Below are positions 63,599 to 64,000 of a stretch of 64,000 nt of DNA, piece after piece. The notes under the pieces are model-generated. The model had not been told where the DNA came from. It did no database searches and saw nothing but the letters and a program-made list of their open reading frames with translations. A program made the translations under genes and the position numbers. The stretch's first letter is position 1. Every line of letters begins with the position of its first letter. Source of the DNA: Microcoleus sp. (GTDB lineage Bacteria > Cyanobacteriota > Cyanobacteriia > Cyanobacteriales > Microcoleaceae); assembly GCA_042408215.1 (NCBI GenBank), contig JAYFMW010000016.1, positions 1-64,000 of the forward strand, in the 5' to 3' direction.

Positions 63599-63846
63599 TC
63601 TCAATTGTTGATTTGGATTTAAGTGCGATCGCCTTTTTTGGTCTTTTTGGATCGAAGGGGCGATCGCACTTTTCTTGATTTCCTAAATTCACCGGAAATT
63701 AGCAGATATTATCCAATTCGCAATCACTTCAATCATAACACCTAACTCCTCCCCTGTCAAGGGGTTTTTGAGAATTGTTCCCTGATTATTTTGAGTGATT
63801 GCTAACAGTCCAAACAGGGAGGATTTCGCCTCCCTGTGATGACTTA

Positions 63847-63988
63847 TACCAATTTAATGTAAAGTTGCACATATTCCGATCCCCCTAAATCCCCTTAAGA
63901 AGGGGGACTTTGATTGGACTCTTGTCCCCCCCTTCTTAAGGGGGGTTAGGGGGGATCGAATTCTATGCAGCTTCATAAAAAATTGGTA
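63847..63988. mobile_element. MITE with TACCAATT ends and TTA duplication
   Basis: TTA|TACCAATT...AATTGGTA|TTA. Confidence 0.8.
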
Positions 63989-64000
63989 TTAGCAGTATCT

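Overview
Cyanobacterial chromosomal window. Abundant HIP1 (GCGATCGC), heptamer STRRs and GTAG-type palindromes suggest a filamentous Oscillatoriales/Microcoleus-like host (inference). Recognisable genes: a large RTX protein with ~650-bp internal repeats (runs off the left edge), hetF, cyAbrB, recX, ureEFG, an OmpR/sensor-kinase pair followed by predicted exported rubrerythrin and Rieske lipoproteins, murG, an S8 protease, a C-protein-controlled type II R-M system, patatin, a HEAT-repeat protein, nirBD, an ABC-2 transporter split by an island, a bacteriophytochrome, aqpZ, tRNA-Arg(ACG) and moaC. Mobile content: four diverse tnpB elements with no transposase, several tnpB-less end-only derivatives and many MITEs. 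Main highlights: (1) a 14-copy tandem array (25.5-27.8 kb) in which each unit looks like a promoter/~55-nt sRNA/terminator module resembling heterocyst NsiR1, ~18 kb from an apparently truncated hetF; (2) a 6.45-kb AT-rich island bounded by MITE-type inverted repeats, carrying an NB-ARC regulator and an uncharacterised aldolase-II/methyltransferase/B12 radical-SAM/SDR operon; (3) a bacteriophytochrome whose phospho-acceptor His is replaced by Tyr.
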